From a virus (lineage: Duplodnaviria > Caudoviricetes), in the IMG/VR virus record IMGVR_UViG_3300017978_000310, positions 1 to 63,296 of that record: a DNA stretch of 63,296 nucleotides; one strand, 5' to 3'. The position numbers and the translations under genes were made by a program. A model generated the notes under the pieces. It searched no databases. It was not told where the DNA came from and saw only the letters and a program-made list of their open reading frames with translations. Each line of letters begins with the position of its first letter. Position 1 is the stretch's first letter. This document shows positions 1 to 11,200 of this stretch, piece after piece.

Positions 1-55
1 CCAGATAAAAATGGCAGGTTCTTGGTATCTTGGATACCTGAAATATCAATGCGTA
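1..55. repeat. Terminal direct repeat (assembly overlap), copy 1
   Basis: Identical to 63242-63296; lies inside the terminase ORF, so it marks a circular assembly and not a physical end. Confidence 0.95.
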
Positions 56-756
56 ATAATTTTATAAATAAAAATGGAACACGTTATCCTCAAAACGAAC
101 ACGTTGGTGCTTTTGGATGTGACCCTTACGATATTTCGGGTGCTACTTTTGGCGGTTCGAATGGCTCTCTTCATGGTCTCACTAAGTTTAATATGGCGAA
201 TGCTCCATCAAATGCGTTCTTCCTAGAGTATATTGCTCGTCCACAGACAGCAGAGATATTCTTTGAAGAGGTGCTGATGGCTTGCGTATTTTATGGTATG
301 CCAATACTTGCTGAGAATAATAAAGCTCGTTTGCTGTACCACTTTAAGAACAGAGGCTATAGGGGATTCTCAATGAATAGACCCGATAAGCATAAGGCTA
401 AGTTGTCGTTTACTGAACTTGAGATTGGTGGCATACCATCATCGAGTGAGGATATGAAACAGGCTCATGCAGCTGGTATTGGTACATACATTGAAAAGTA
501 TGTAGGGTATGACCTTGAGGCAACATATAGGAATCCTGACGAGATTGGCGATATGCCATTCACGAGAACACTTCAAGATTGGTCAAAATTTAATGTAAAT
601 GATAGAACAAAGTATGATGCTTCTATTAGTTCTGGATTAGCTATTATGGCTAACCAAAAACATATTTACTTACCTGAGAAAAAAGAGTCAAAAATTAGCA
701 TTAAATTTGCAAGATACGATAACAGCGGTTCAGCGAGTAGACTGAAAAATATATGA
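1..756 (+). CDS. terL: Terminase large subunit, C-terminal nuclease part (continues from 61784)
   Basis: In frame with 61784-63241 across the join (~737 aa total); RNase H-like GAFGCDPYD motif; directly upstream of portal. Confidence 0.9.
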   Translation, partial: PDKNGRFLVSWIPEISMRNNFINKNGTRYPQNEHVGAFGCDPYDISGATFGGSNGSLHGLTKFNMANAPSNAFFLEYIARPQTAEIFFEEVLMACVFYGMPILAENNKARLLYHFKNRGYRGFSMNRPDKHKAKLSFTELEIGGIPSSSEDMKQAHAAGIGTYIEKYVGYDLEATYRNPDEIGDMPFTRTLQDWSKFNVNDRTKYDASISSGLAIMANQKHIYLPEKKESKISIKFARYDNSGSASRLKNI

Positions 757-3182
757 ACGACCCTTTAATAATGATTAATCCATCCAACTTTCCAACACAG
801 TTGGCTACTGATGCAGAAAAAGCATCACAAGAGTTTGGATTAAAAGTAGGACAAAGTATTATGTGGGAATGGTTTGCCAAGACAGGTAATAACTGTCGCT
901 ACTATTCTCAATGGATTGATTTTCATCGAATCAGGCTATATGCTCGTGGTGAACAGCCAATAGCAAAATACAAAGAACAATTTCAAGTAGATGGTGATAT
1001 GTCACATATCAACCTAGATTGGACACCTGTACCTATCATTCCTAAGTTTGTTGATATCGTTGTTAACGGAATGAATGATCGCCTTTTTGAAGTTAAGACA
1101 TATGCACAAGATTCAATGTCTATGGAGAAAAGAACTCAGTTTCAGGAAATGGTGGAAGCTGATATGGTAGCAAAAGAATTTTTATTACAAACTCAAAAAG
1201 AATTTGGAATTGATGCTTTTAATGTACCACCTCAAGATTTACCTGAAAACGACCAAGAGTTAAATTTATTTATGCAGCTTAGATATAAGCCTGCGATAGA
1301 GATTGCTGAAGAAGAAGCAATCAACACTATATTAGATGTTAATCATTATTCAGATGTACGGAAAAGAGTTGATTACGATATTACTACTATTGGTATTGGT
1401 ATGGTTAAACATTCTTTTGTTCCAGGAACAGGAGTCAGAGTAGAGTATGTTGACCCTGCTAATATGGTATATAGTTACACGGAGTCTCCAACTTTTGACG
1501 ATTGTTTCTATTTTGGTGAAGTTAAGCAAGTACCGATTACTGAACTTATTAAAATCAAGCCAAATATTACTAATGAAGAACTGGCAGAAATTCAACAGCT
1601 TGGTACAGCTTGGTATAATTACTATGGCGTACTTCGTCCTTATCGTAGTGATTTATTTAATCGCGATGTTGTTACGCTTATGTATTTCAACTATAAGACT
1701 GACAAAACGTATGTTTACAAAAAGAAGTACACAGATAACGGAGGATCAAGAGTAATAGAAAAAGACGAAAGCTTTCAGGTTCCAGAAGGAATGGAAGAGC
1801 GTTTTGAGCGAATAGAAAAACGTATTGATGTTTGGTATGAAGGTGTAATGGTTATGGGTTCCCCTTATCTATTGAAATGGGAACTTGCTAAAAACATGGT
1901 TCGCCCTAAATCATCATCTCAATACGCATTGCCTCAGTATATTGCTGTAGCACCTCGTATGTACAAAGGAGTTATCGAGTCATTGACTCGTAGAATGATC
2001 CCTTTTGCCGACTTAATACAACTTACCCACTTAAAGCTACAACAAGTATTACAACGTGTTGTGCCTGATGGTGTGTACATTGATGCTGATGGTATCAATG
2101 AGGTAGACTTGGGAACAGGTGCTGCCTACAATCCAGAGGATGCATTACGTTTATATTTTCAGACAGGTAGTGTTATTGGTAGAAGCTCAACAGTTGATGG
2201 AGATTTCAACAATGGCAGAATACCAATTCAAGAACTTAATACAAATAGCGGCCAAGGAAAAATTACTGCATTAATTAATGCATACAATCAGTACCTATCA
2301 ATGATCAGGGATGTTACCGGGTTAAATGAAGCTAGAGATGCATCAACTCCAAACCCTGATGCATTGGTAGGTGTACAAAAACTTGCAGCACTTAATTCAA
2401 ATACAGCAACTCGTCATATCTTAGAAGGTAGCTTGTTTATTACGAAGCGTTTATCTGAGGCTTTATCTTGCCGTATTGCTGATATATTAGAATACTCTGA
2501 TTTCAAAGAAGAGTTTACTATGCAAATTGGTAAATACGCTGTTGGAGTTTTAGATGAAATAAAGCATTTATATCTACATGATTTTGGTGTATTTATTGAG
2601 GTTGCTCCAGACGAAGAACAAAAGGCTCAATTAGAAGCTAATATTCAAATGGCATTACAGCGTGATCAAATTACACTAGAAGATGCTATTGATATTCGTC
2701 AGATGAAGAATCTTAAACTTGCTAACGAGCTTCTTAAATTAAAGCGTAAGAGAAAGCAACAAGAAGACATGAAGAATGAGCAAGCAAAAATTCAAATGCA
2801 AACTCAAGGCAATATTCAGTCATCTCAAGCATCGGCTCAATCTGCACTACAAAAGGTTCAAGCAGAGTCACAAGCTAAAGCACAATTGGCTCAAGCTCAA
2901 ATGGAGTTTGATATCCAGCGTATGCAGGCTGAGGCTCAGATTAAAGAGCAATTAATGCAAGTTGAATTTTCTTATAATATGCAACTGAAGGGGATGGAGG
3001 TAGACCAAATAAAGCAGTTGGATATGGACAAAGAAAAAGCTAAGGATAATAGAACTAAATTGCAAGCAACACAGCAGTCTAAGTTAATTGAGCAACGCCA
3101 AAAAGACTTACCTGCTATGACTTTCGAGTCTGAAGAAGATTCATTAGATGGCTTTGATTTAGAGCAGTTTAATCCAAGATAA
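753..3182 (+). CDS. Portal protein
   Basis: 809 aa after terL; PIIPKFVDIVVNG motif; long Q/A-rich C-terminal coiled coil as in podovirus portals. Confidence 0.85.
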   Translation: MNDPLIMINPSNFPTQLATDAEKASQEFGLKVGQSIMWEWFAKTGNNCRYYSQWIDFHRIRLYARGEQPIAKYKEQFQVDGDMSHINLDWTPVPIIPKFVDIVVNGMNDRLFEVKTYAQDSMSMEKRTQFQEMVEADMVAKEFLLQTQKEFGIDAFNVPPQDLPENDQELNLFMQLRYKPAIEIAEEEAINTILDVNHYSDVRKRVDYDITTIGIGMVKHSFVPGTGVRVEYVDPANMVYSYTESPTFDDCFYFGEVKQVPITELIKIKPNITNEELAEIQQLGTAWYNYYGVLRPYRSDLFNRDVVTLMYFNYKTDKTYVYKKKYTDNGGSRVIEKDESFQVPEGMEERFERIEKRIDVWYEGVMVMGSPYLLKWELAKNMVRPKSSSQYALPQYIAVAPRMYKGVIESLTRRMIPFADLIQLTHLKLQQVLQRVVPDGVYIDADGINEVDLGTGAAYNPEDALRLYFQTGSVIGRSSTVDGDFNNGRIPIQELNTNSGQGKITALINAYNQYLSMIRDVTGLNEARDASTPNPDALVGVQKLAALNSNTATRHILEGSLFITKRLSEALSCRIADILEYSDFKEEFTMQIGKYAVGVLDEIKHLYLHDFGVFIEVAPDEEQKAQLEANIQMALQRDQITLEDAIDIRQMKNLKLANELLKLKRKRKQQEDMKNEQAKIQMQTQGNIQSSQASAQSALQKVQAESQAKAQLAQAQMEFDIQRMQAEAQIKEQLMQVEFSYNMQLKGMEVDQIKQLDMDKEKAKDNRTKLQATQQSKLIEQRQKDLPAMTFESEEDSLDGFDLEQFNPR

Positions 3183-3192
3183 AATTTATTAC

Positions 3193-3200
3193 TACTTTTG
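3193..3200 (+). promoter_or_regulatory. Bacteroidota -7 promoter box
   Basis: TACTTTTG matches TAnnTTTG, intergenic before the scaffold gene. Confidence 0.6.
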
Positions 3201-3221
3201 TGCAAATTAAATTAAATAATA

Positions 3222-4349
3222 ATGGAAAATTTTCAAGTAAAATTGGTTGACTTTGAAGAAAAGTCTATCCAAGAAGTAGAAGAAAGTCTACTTAGAGTAC
3301 ATGAGGAAAAAACAGGAATCGAACAATTCGAGACCTCTGAAGAAGTTAAAATAGATCTCTCTGCTGAACCCGACACAGCATTGAATCAAAATGAAGAAGG
3401 GCAACCTTCTTCACCTGCATCGCAATTTGGCGATGAAGACGTTCTTTCATATTTGAAAAGCAAGTATAATAGAGAGGCTAACTCTTTGGATGATTTGTTT
3501 ACACCTGTTGATACTCAGAAGGAATTACTTCCGGATGACGTTGAAGCGTTTTATCGTTTCAAAAAAGAAACAGGTCGTGGACTAGAAGACTTCTATCGTG
3601 TTAACCAGGATTTTTCATCTGAAAAACCTGAGCGTTTATTGGCTACTTACATGAAGGAAATAAATCCAGAAATGGATGATGATGATATCCAATATGAAAT
3701 GAGCGAACTATATTCTTATGATGAGGATTTAGATGATGACCGCGACATTAAAAAGAAAAAACTTGCATTTAAAAAAGAACTTACTAAGGCAACAAAGTAT
3801 TTCGAGGAACGAAAAGAAAAGTACAGAGCACCACTCGAGTCGATTGGTACATCATCTGTCTCTTCAGAGGACCAAGAGGCTTTGAAATCTTATAAGGAAT
3901 ATATGAGTACCGCTTCTGCCCAACAGCAAGAGCAATCAAAGAAATCTGAATTCTTTGTGCAAAAGACTAATGAATTGTTCTCTAATGAATTTGAAGGTTT
4001 CAAGTTCGGTATTGGAGATAAGGATCTGTCTTGGAAGCCATCGAATGCTGAGGACTTAAAAAACAAACAAATGGATATCTCCAAATTCTTTGGCAATTTT
4101 GTCGATGACAATGGATATATCAAGGATGCTAAAGCGTATCATAAGACAATCGCTGTAGCCATGAACCCCGATTCTTTTGCAAAATTCTTTTACGAACAAG
4201 GTAAATCTGATGCAATTGATCAATCTGCTAAACAAAGCAAGAATATTGACATGGGATCTGTTCGTACAACAGGACAGCCAATTGATAAGGGAGGTTTTAA
4301 GGTAACAGCTTTGGATTCGGATCACGGCAATAGACTCCGAATTAAATAA
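3222..4349 (+). CDS. Probable capsid scaffolding protein
   Basis: Very acidic, helical, 375 aa, between portal and capsid genes. Confidence 0.65.
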   Translation: MENFQVKLVDFEEKSIQEVEESLLRVHEEKTGIEQFETSEEVKIDLSAEPDTALNQNEEGQPSSPASQFGDEDVLSYLKSKYNREANSLDDLFTPVDTQKELLPDDVEAFYRFKKETGRGLEDFYRVNQDFSSEKPERLLATYMKEINPEMDDDDIQYEMSELYSYDEDLDDDRDIKKKKLAFKKELTKATKYFEERKEKYRAPLESIGTSSVSSEDQEALKSYKEYMSTASAQQQEQSKKSEFFVQKTNELFSNEFEGFKFGIGDKDLSWKPSNAEDLKNKQMDISKFFGNFVDDNGYIKDAKAYHKTIAVAMNPDSFAKFFYEQGKSDAIDQSAKQSKNIDMGSVRTTGQPIDKGGFKVTALDSDHGNRLRIK

Positions 4350-4378
4350 TTTTAAAACAAAAAACTAATTTTTAAAAA

Positions 4379-5794
4379 ATGGCTGGATCAGTTCAAGCTA
4401 CCCCGGGTTTTCAATTACAACCCTCAGCGGTAAAGGCAACATTGCCTACAAACTACATTACCAACTTCGACTTCATGAATCAGTATCTTCCAGATACTTA
4501 TGAGAAAGAATTCGAGCGTTATGGTAATCGCTCTATTGCATCTTTCTTACGTTTAGTAGGAGCAGAGATGCCGTCTAACTCTGACTTAATTAAGTGGGCA
4601 GAGCAAGGACGTTTACACACAAAGTACGTTAACGTAACAACTACTGCAGTTGCAGGTGCTGACACAGCTACTTGGACTGTTAATGATGCTAACGTATCAG
4701 TTAACTTCCGTGTTAACCAAACTGTATTCTTGTCAGCTAACGCTGGTTCTGCTTCTGATAAAGCAATCATTACTGCAGTTGACTCTGCTAATGATACATT
4801 TACTGTAGCTTACTACGCAGGTGGTGGACAAACTATTGCTGCTTCTGCTGTATCTACTGCTTTCGTTTACGGTTCAGAATACACTAAAGGATCTACTGGA
4901 ATGGTTGGTTCATTAGAAGCACAAGATATCTTCTTCGAGAACAAGCCTATCATCATCAAGGACAAGTACACAGTATCTGGTTCTGACATGGCTCAAATCG
5001 GATGGGTTGAAGTAACTTCTGAGAATGGTGCTACTGGATACTTATGGTACATCAAATCTGAGCACGAGACTCGTTTACGTTTCGAAGATTACTTAGAGAT
5101 GTCAATGGTTGAAGGTGTTCCTGCTGAGGCTAGTTCAGGTGCTTTGGCTTACTTAACAGTTGCTGCTTCAAACGTACAACCTGGTGCTGCTGGTACTGAA
5201 GGTTTATTTGATGCTGTTGCAACTCGTGGTAACGTATGGGCAGGTGGTAACCCTACTACATTGTCAGACTTCGATTCAATCATCCAACGTCTAGACAAGC
5301 AAGGTGCTATCCAAGAGAACGTAATTTTCTTGAATCGTCAATTCTCATTCGATATCGATGATATGTTGGCTTCTCAGAACTCTTACGGTACTAACGGTAC
5401 TTCTTACGGTTTGTTTAACAACGATGAGAACATGGCTTTGAACTTAGGTTTCAAAGGCTTCAAGCGTGGTTATGACTTCTACAAGACTGACTGGAAATAC
5501 TTGAACGATGCTACTCTTCGTGGTGGAATCGTAGGTGGAGCTATCAACGGTATCTTGGTACCTGCTGGTTCTACTTCAGTATACGATCAAATCTTAGGCA
5601 AAAACGCTAAGCGTCCGTTCTTACACGTTCGTTACCGTGCTTCTGAGACTGAAGATCGCCGCTACAAGACTTGGATCACAGGTTCTGCCGGTGGTGCTCA
5701 AACTAGCGATCTAGATGCAATGGAGGTTAACTTCTTATCTGAGCGTGCTTTATGTACACTTGGTGCGAATAACTTCTTCTTGTTCGAAGCTTAG
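4379..5794 (+). CDS. Major capsid protein
   Basis: 471 aa; strongly biased codon use; position after scaffold; followed by a strong terminator. Confidence 0.85.
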   Translation: MAGSVQATPGFQLQPSAVKATLPTNYITNFDFMNQYLPDTYEKEFERYGNRSIASFLRLVGAEMPSNSDLIKWAEQGRLHTKYVNVTTTAVAGADTATWTVNDANVSVNFRVNQTVFLSANAGSASDKAIITAVDSANDTFTVAYYAGGGQTIAASAVSTAFVYGSEYTKGSTGMVGSLEAQDIFFENKPIIIKDKYTVSGSDMAQIGWVEVTSENGATGYLWYIKSEHETRLRFEDYLEMSMVEGVPAEASSGALAYLTVAASNVQPGAAGTEGLFDAVATRGNVWAGGNPTTLSDFDSIIQRLDKQGAIQENVIFLNRQFSFDIDDMLASQNSYGTNGTSYGLFNNDENMALNLGFKGFKRGYDFYKTDWKYLNDATLRGGIVGGAINGILVPAGSTSVYDQILGKNAKRPFLHVRYRASETEDRRYKTWITGSAGGAQTSDLDAMEVNFLSERALCTLGANNFFLFEA

Positions 5795-5803
5795 TAAAAT
5801 ATT

Positions 5804-5836
5804 GGGGAGGAGCAATCCTCCCCTTATTTCTTTTTT
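5804..5836 (+). terminator. Intrinsic terminator after capsid gene
   Basis: GGGGAGGA-GCAA-TCCTCCCC followed by a T-rich tract. Confidence 0.85.
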
Positions 5837-5857
5837 AAAAATTTAAATTTAAATCAA

Positions 5858-6604
5858 ATGTCAAAATTAGTACTCGAGGACAAAGTCTATGTCCTAAAAA
5901 GAAAAATATTTCCAATGTCGTTAATGTTGAATTCGAGAAACACAGCTCGTAAGCCATTATTATATTTCGATGAGGAAACAGGACAGAATCGTCCATTGCG
6001 TTATGCACGTAATCAGAAATCACCATTTGAAGATGAGCAAGATGGCCACGCTATCTTAGAGCCAATTATCTTTGAAGATGGTGTACTAACTGTACCAAAA
6101 AATAATCAAGTATTACAAAAATTCTTAACATACCATCCAGATAATGGTTCTATATTCCAAGAGTTGGATACTAGAAAAGATGCAACTGAGCAAATCGATT
6201 GGATGATGGTTCAATTAGAAGCACAGAATATTGCTATTAATTTGGATATTGCAACTCGTGAGGCCATTGGTCGCATTGTATTAGGTTCTCGTGTTGATCG
6301 TTTATCAAGCGAAGAATTGAAGCGTGATGTATTAATGTACGCACGTAACAATCCAGACGAGTTCTTGCAAATGACTAATGATCCTGAGTTACGTTTACAA
6401 AACATTGCAGCTAAAGCATTACAAGACAACTTGTTTATGCTAAAGAACAATAAACGTGATATCTACTTTAATTTGCCAGACAATAAAAAGAAATTAATGG
6501 GTGTTCCTTTCGGTGAGGATCCTGTTAAATTGTTAACTTCTTATCTTCAAAGCGATGATGGGATTGAGTTATACAAAGTTCTCGACAAGAGATACACCAA
6601 ATAA
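5858..6604 (+). CDS. Protein of the head module, function unknown
   Basis: 248-aa ORF, A-rich start context, between capsid and tail genes. Confidence 0.6.
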   Translation: MSKLVLEDKVYVLKRKIFPMSLMLNSRNTARKPLLYFDEETGQNRPLRYARNQKSPFEDEQDGHAILEPIIFEDGVLTVPKNNQVLQKFLTYHPDNGSIFQELDTRKDATEQIDWMMVQLEAQNIAINLDIATREAIGRIVLGSRVDRLSSEELKRDVLMYARNNPDEFLQMTNDPELRLQNIAAKALQDNLFMLKNNKRDIYFNLPDNKKKLMGVPFGEDPVKLLTSYLQSDDGIELYKVLDKRYTK

Positions 6605-6610
6605 TAAGAG

Positions 6611-6635
6611 GGAGGACAAAAGTCCTCCTTTTTTT
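6611..6635 (+). terminator. Intrinsic terminator
   Basis: GGAGGAC-AAAA-GTCCTCC followed by T7. Confidence 0.85.
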
Positions 6636-6636
6636 A

Positions 6637-6644
6637 TATCTTTG
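6637..6644 (+). promoter_or_regulatory. Bacteroidota -7 promoter box for the tail operon
   Basis: TATCTTTG directly after the terminator and 5 nt before ATG 6650. Confidence 0.65.
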
Positions 6645-6649
6645 TCATC

Positions 6650-7342
6650 ATGATAAATTCTGTTCGCAACACCGTGATGTCCATTCTTAACAAGGATAAT
6701 AATGGATATATAACTCCTGAAGAATTCAACTCGTTTGCAAAGCAAGCTCAGTTAGAAATCTTTACGCAATACTTTTTTGATTTTAAAAACTCAAAAGTAT
6801 CAGATTATAAGGGTGAGTATACATCAGGTTACTCTGATATAACAAAGCAAATAGATCAGACTATTGACTATTTCTCAGAAAATGTTCCTTTAGTATACGA
6901 TACTCCTTCTCAAAAATTTATAATGCCAGAAGGATGGTTTTTATTAAATGCTTTATATTACAATCAAAAACAAATTGAGCACGCTGATCAATTAAAGGTG
7001 TATAATTTGTTACAATCAAACTTAACTGCACCTAATGAATTGTACCCTGCATATGTTATGCAAGGTAATGAGATGACAGTATATCCATTGACAATTACTA
7101 GTGGAGTTGAAACATATTATGTACGGTATCCATACGACCCTAAGTGGACGTATACGATGGTGAATGGTAGCCCTTTATTTAATCAAAGTGCTAACGACTA
7201 TCAAGATTTTGAATTAACATTATCTGATTTTCCAAAATTAGTTATTAAGATTTGCGAATATGCCGGTACAAGTATTAGAGAGCAAGATGTAGTATCTGCT
7301 GCTAAACAACAAGAAGTTTACATGGATCAAAGAGCACAATAA
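6650..7342 (+). CDS. Tail adaptor/ring protein
   Basis: GYITPEEFNSFAKQAQLEIF N-terminus resembles crAss-like ring proteins; position. Confidence 0.6.
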   Translation: MINSVRNTVMSILNKDNNGYITPEEFNSFAKQAQLEIFTQYFFDFKNSKVSDYKGEYTSGYSDITKQIDQTIDYFSENVPLVYDTPSQKFIMPEGWFLLNALYYNQKQIEHADQLKVYNLLQSNLTAPNELYPAYVMQGNEMTVYPLTITSGVETYYVRYPYDPKWTYTMVNGSPLFNQSANDYQDFELTLSDFPKLVIKICEYAGTSIREQDVVSAAKQQEVYMDQRAQ

Positions 7343-8238
7343 TGACTCAAGAAGAATATTACACCAATAACGGGACAAACCCACAAGATGCCAATTGGGG
7401 CAACTATCAAAATGTTACATTAAAAGAAGTTGTTAATAACTTCCAATTAATGTACATGGATGATGGCGATTTGTTGAATAACATCAATCGTTACAAAATC
7501 TTATTTCATGCAAAGCGTGGATTGCAGGAATTGCAGTATGATGGCAATCGTGTTGTTAATGTTTTGCAATTGGAAGTTGGCAATGACTTAAAATTTGTAT
7601 TGCCTTCGGACTATGTTAACTGGGTTCGTATATCATTGTTCTGCGGAGGCGTATTATACCCTATGCATGAAAACTTGCAAGCTAACTCTGCTGTAGAATA
7701 CTTGCAAGATCAGTATTATAATATTTTATTTGATGAAGATGGCAATGCATTAATTGGTACATCTAAATTAGACGAGTCTCGTTTGATTGGATTGAACCAA
7801 TGTTATTGCGAACAGAACGACCAATGGGGTTGGTATTTGGATGGATTGTGGTATTTTAACTATCCAGGTGGTCAATACTACGGATTAAACACAGAGGCCG
7901 CTACAGCCAACCCCACGTTTACTATCAATAAAACAGAAGGTGTTATTAATTTCAGCACAGGCGTTCATCGTCAATCTGTTGTATTAGAGTATATCTCTGA
8001 TGGGTTATATGGACTTACTGATGATAAGATACCGGTACCAAAGTTAGCTGAGGAGTATTTATACTCATATATCAAATGGGCTATCTTAAACACAAAAGCT
8101 AATCAGCCAGAGTACATTATTAACAGAGCTCGTAAAGAGAAAACCTCCAATTGGAGAAACGCTAAAATCAGATTAAGTAATTTACATCCTGGTCGCTTGT
8201 TAATGAACATGAGAGGCCAATCTAAGTGGATAAAATAA
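7342..8238 (+). CDS. Second tail ring/tubular protein
   Basis: LPSDYVNWVRIS motif; translationally coupled within the tail module. Confidence 0.6.
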   Translation: MTQEEYYTNNGTNPQDANWGNYQNVTLKEVVNNFQLMYMDDGDLLNNINRYKILFHAKRGLQELQYDGNRVVNVLQLEVGNDLKFVLPSDYVNWVRISLFCGGVLYPMHENLQANSAVEYLQDQYYNILFDEDGNALIGTSKLDESRLIGLNQCYCEQNDQWGWYLDGLWYFNYPGGQYYGLNTEAATANPTFTINKTEGVINFSTGVHRQSVVLEYISDGLYGLTDDKIPVPKLAEEYLYSYIKWAILNTKANQPEYIINRARKEKTSNWRNAKIRLSNLHPGRLLMNMRGQSKWIK

Positions 8239-8239
8239 A

Positions 8240-11200
8240 ATGGCAGAATTACAAAGAAACTTCCTAAAGGGGGTAATGAACAAGGATTTAGATCCTCATT
8301 TTCTCCCTGATGGTCAATATCGTGATGCACTAAATATTATTGTTTCCGATTCAGATGCTACGTTTAGTACTTTTGAAGGAGAGCATAATGGTTCTGTACA
8401 GAACTATTTAGGCAACACGCTTATGAATACTTCTTTGGGATTAACAAATGCCAAGTGTATTGGTGCTTTATCTTATGGTGCATCCAACTTAATTTATTGG
8501 TTAGTTACAGCAGATAATGCTGATGCTATTTACGAGTACAATGAGTCTCTTGATTTAACGACAATTGTATTAAAGTTTCCGAAGGCTCCGGGTGGTACAA
8601 CATTACTTAACTTTAATGAGAAATTTTTAGTAACAGGGATTAACTACATTAATGGTTTATTATTTTGGACTGATAATTATAATCCTCCAAGAAAGATAAA
8701 CATTGAGAGATGTAAGAACTTTGCAGTTAATAATTTTACTACTGTAACAGAAGCAGATATTAATGTTATTGTTCAGCCTCCTCTTTCATCACCTACAATA
8801 TCTTTCCCTTCTCTTGTTAATCCAAATCCGAATAACTTAGAAAATAAGTTTTTATATTTTTCATATAGATATAAGTATGTTGATGATGAATATAGTTCGT
8901 TGTCTCCATTTTCTCCTGTAGCATTTTTTCCTAAGCCTTTTGAATACGATTATGGTGTATCTGAAAATATATCCATGGTTAATAGCAAGAATGCTGTAGA
9001 TATTAAATACAATACTGGAGGACCAAATGTTAAAGAAGTTCAATTAATATTTATTGATACATTAAGCACAAACGCATATGTAATTGATAATATAAATAAG
9101 GAGGCTAGTCAATTTGGTAATAATCAAATTAAAACTTTCAGGTTCCAAAATAACAAAGTATATACAGTTTTACCTGCTGATCAAATAAATAGACTATTTG
9201 ATAATGTTCCGTTAAAAGCAAGGTCACAAGAATTAATTGGAAGTCGTTTAGTGTACGGTAACTATACTCAATTCTTTAACTTAATTGATTATACAGGAAC
9301 CCCTATTAATCCTAATTTTTCAGTATCTCTTGAAACAAGTGAAATTACAGATAACTTGCCTCATGCAACATTTAAAAGCAATAGAGATTATGAGGTTGGT
9401 ATAGTTTATTTGGATGACTATGGTCGTTCTACTACTGTAATAGTTCCAACTGCTAATACTAATACATTATTTATTCCATCTGATAAAGCAAATTATTCAA
9501 ACGACATAAAGATTACTATTGATGAATCTTATGCACCACCTGAATTTGCTACATATTATCGTTTTGTTTTAAAGCAAAATAAGCAACAATATTATAATAT
9601 ATTCCCGTTGACTTATTTTCAAGATGGTCAGTTTAAGTGGTTCTTAATAAACCAAGCAGATGTTGATAAAATATCTGTTGGATCATATTTATATTTAAAG
9701 AATGTTGGTTCCGATAGTAGCACTCAAATAAAGGTATTAGATATAGAATCTAAGTCTGCTAATTTTTTAAATACAAATAACCAAGGTCAACCAGCTGGTG
9801 TTTATTTTAGAGTAAAAATAAATTCATCTGCATTGCCAAATGTATATGTTTACAATAGATATAATTTTGGTTCTGCTGCGGTGTCATATCAGCCAGTATC
9901 TAATAAATTCAATGTAGCCGAAAAAGCTATTTTTTATGGAGTAGGAACAGCTTCTAATTTAGAGGTTACTGATGGTAATATTTATTCAGGAGATAATGAC
10001 TCGAGATTCTATATAGAAATAGAGTCTGTAGGTGTTACTAATAAATATCGAGTTTATGTTATTGAAAATGGAAGACCAAAAACTCAAATACTTGACAATC
10101 AAACAATTAATGTTGGTACTGATGTAACTATTAATTACACAGCTCCTAGCACAACAAATCCTTACTCTTTTAAATTCAGATTTACATCTGTATTAAATTT
10201 AAATGTAGGAGACTATTGGGTTGTAAATTGTAGAAATGGTGTAGTTGTTGCAAATGCAAGTTATAATATATTTGGAGGATTTAATTACTCTATATCAAAT
10301 AGTGTCCCTGCAACTTTATTAATGAATACAGATTGGAATATAGATGGTGCATATATAGGAGATAGGCCAATAAAACCAGGAGCTGTTTTATCATTTAAAA
10401 TAAAAGAGCCAGAAAATGGAAATATTGATACTGTTCAAACATTTATATCTACAAAAGAATATGTAAATATAGAGGAGTGGTTTATTGAAGATGGTGTATA
10501 TTTAAAATGGAACCAATTCTATCAAACAACAAATGTGTTTGCTGCACCTGTTAATTTTAGAAGAGGTCATAATCTATCTATTGTTCCCGGAACTAGCGGT
10601 AATACTACTATATATACGGTATCACAAGGTGGATCTATTTCTGCTTTCTCTCTTAGCTATCCTATATATATGTATATAAATGGATACAGAAATAGTGGAA
10701 CATCTACTATATCAATAACTTTTAATTTATCACAACAAGAAGAACCGACATTATTTGAAACGGTTCCTACCGATACAAACCAAGATATCTATTACGAATT
10801 AACTAATACATATCCTATTATAAATAATAGCCATCAGACAAATGGAACTAATCAAGTATTAGGTTCGGTTGATGGAATCGCATATCTTAAAAAAGAAGAT
10901 AGCGTGGCTTACCCTAACTATGACTTTAATGCTTTTGCTTGGAGTAATGGTGTAGAAAGCTTTAGGATTAGAGATGACTTTAATGCAACTACAATGCAGT
11001 TTAGTCCACGTGCTAACTCAACTGTTGAAGGATATGCAGAGCAAACACTTGTTCAGGCGTTGACATATAGTGGTGTGTACCAACAAACTACAGCCATTAA
11101 CAGACTTAATGAGTTTAACTTATCACTTGGTAATTTTGTCTATTTGGATTTGTTCTTTGGTTCAATTCAAAAGCTACATTCTCGTGACACAGATTTAGTC

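Noticed and set aside
1-55. Biological terminal repeat
   Set aside because: It falls inside terL, and 55 bp is a common assembler k-mer overlap
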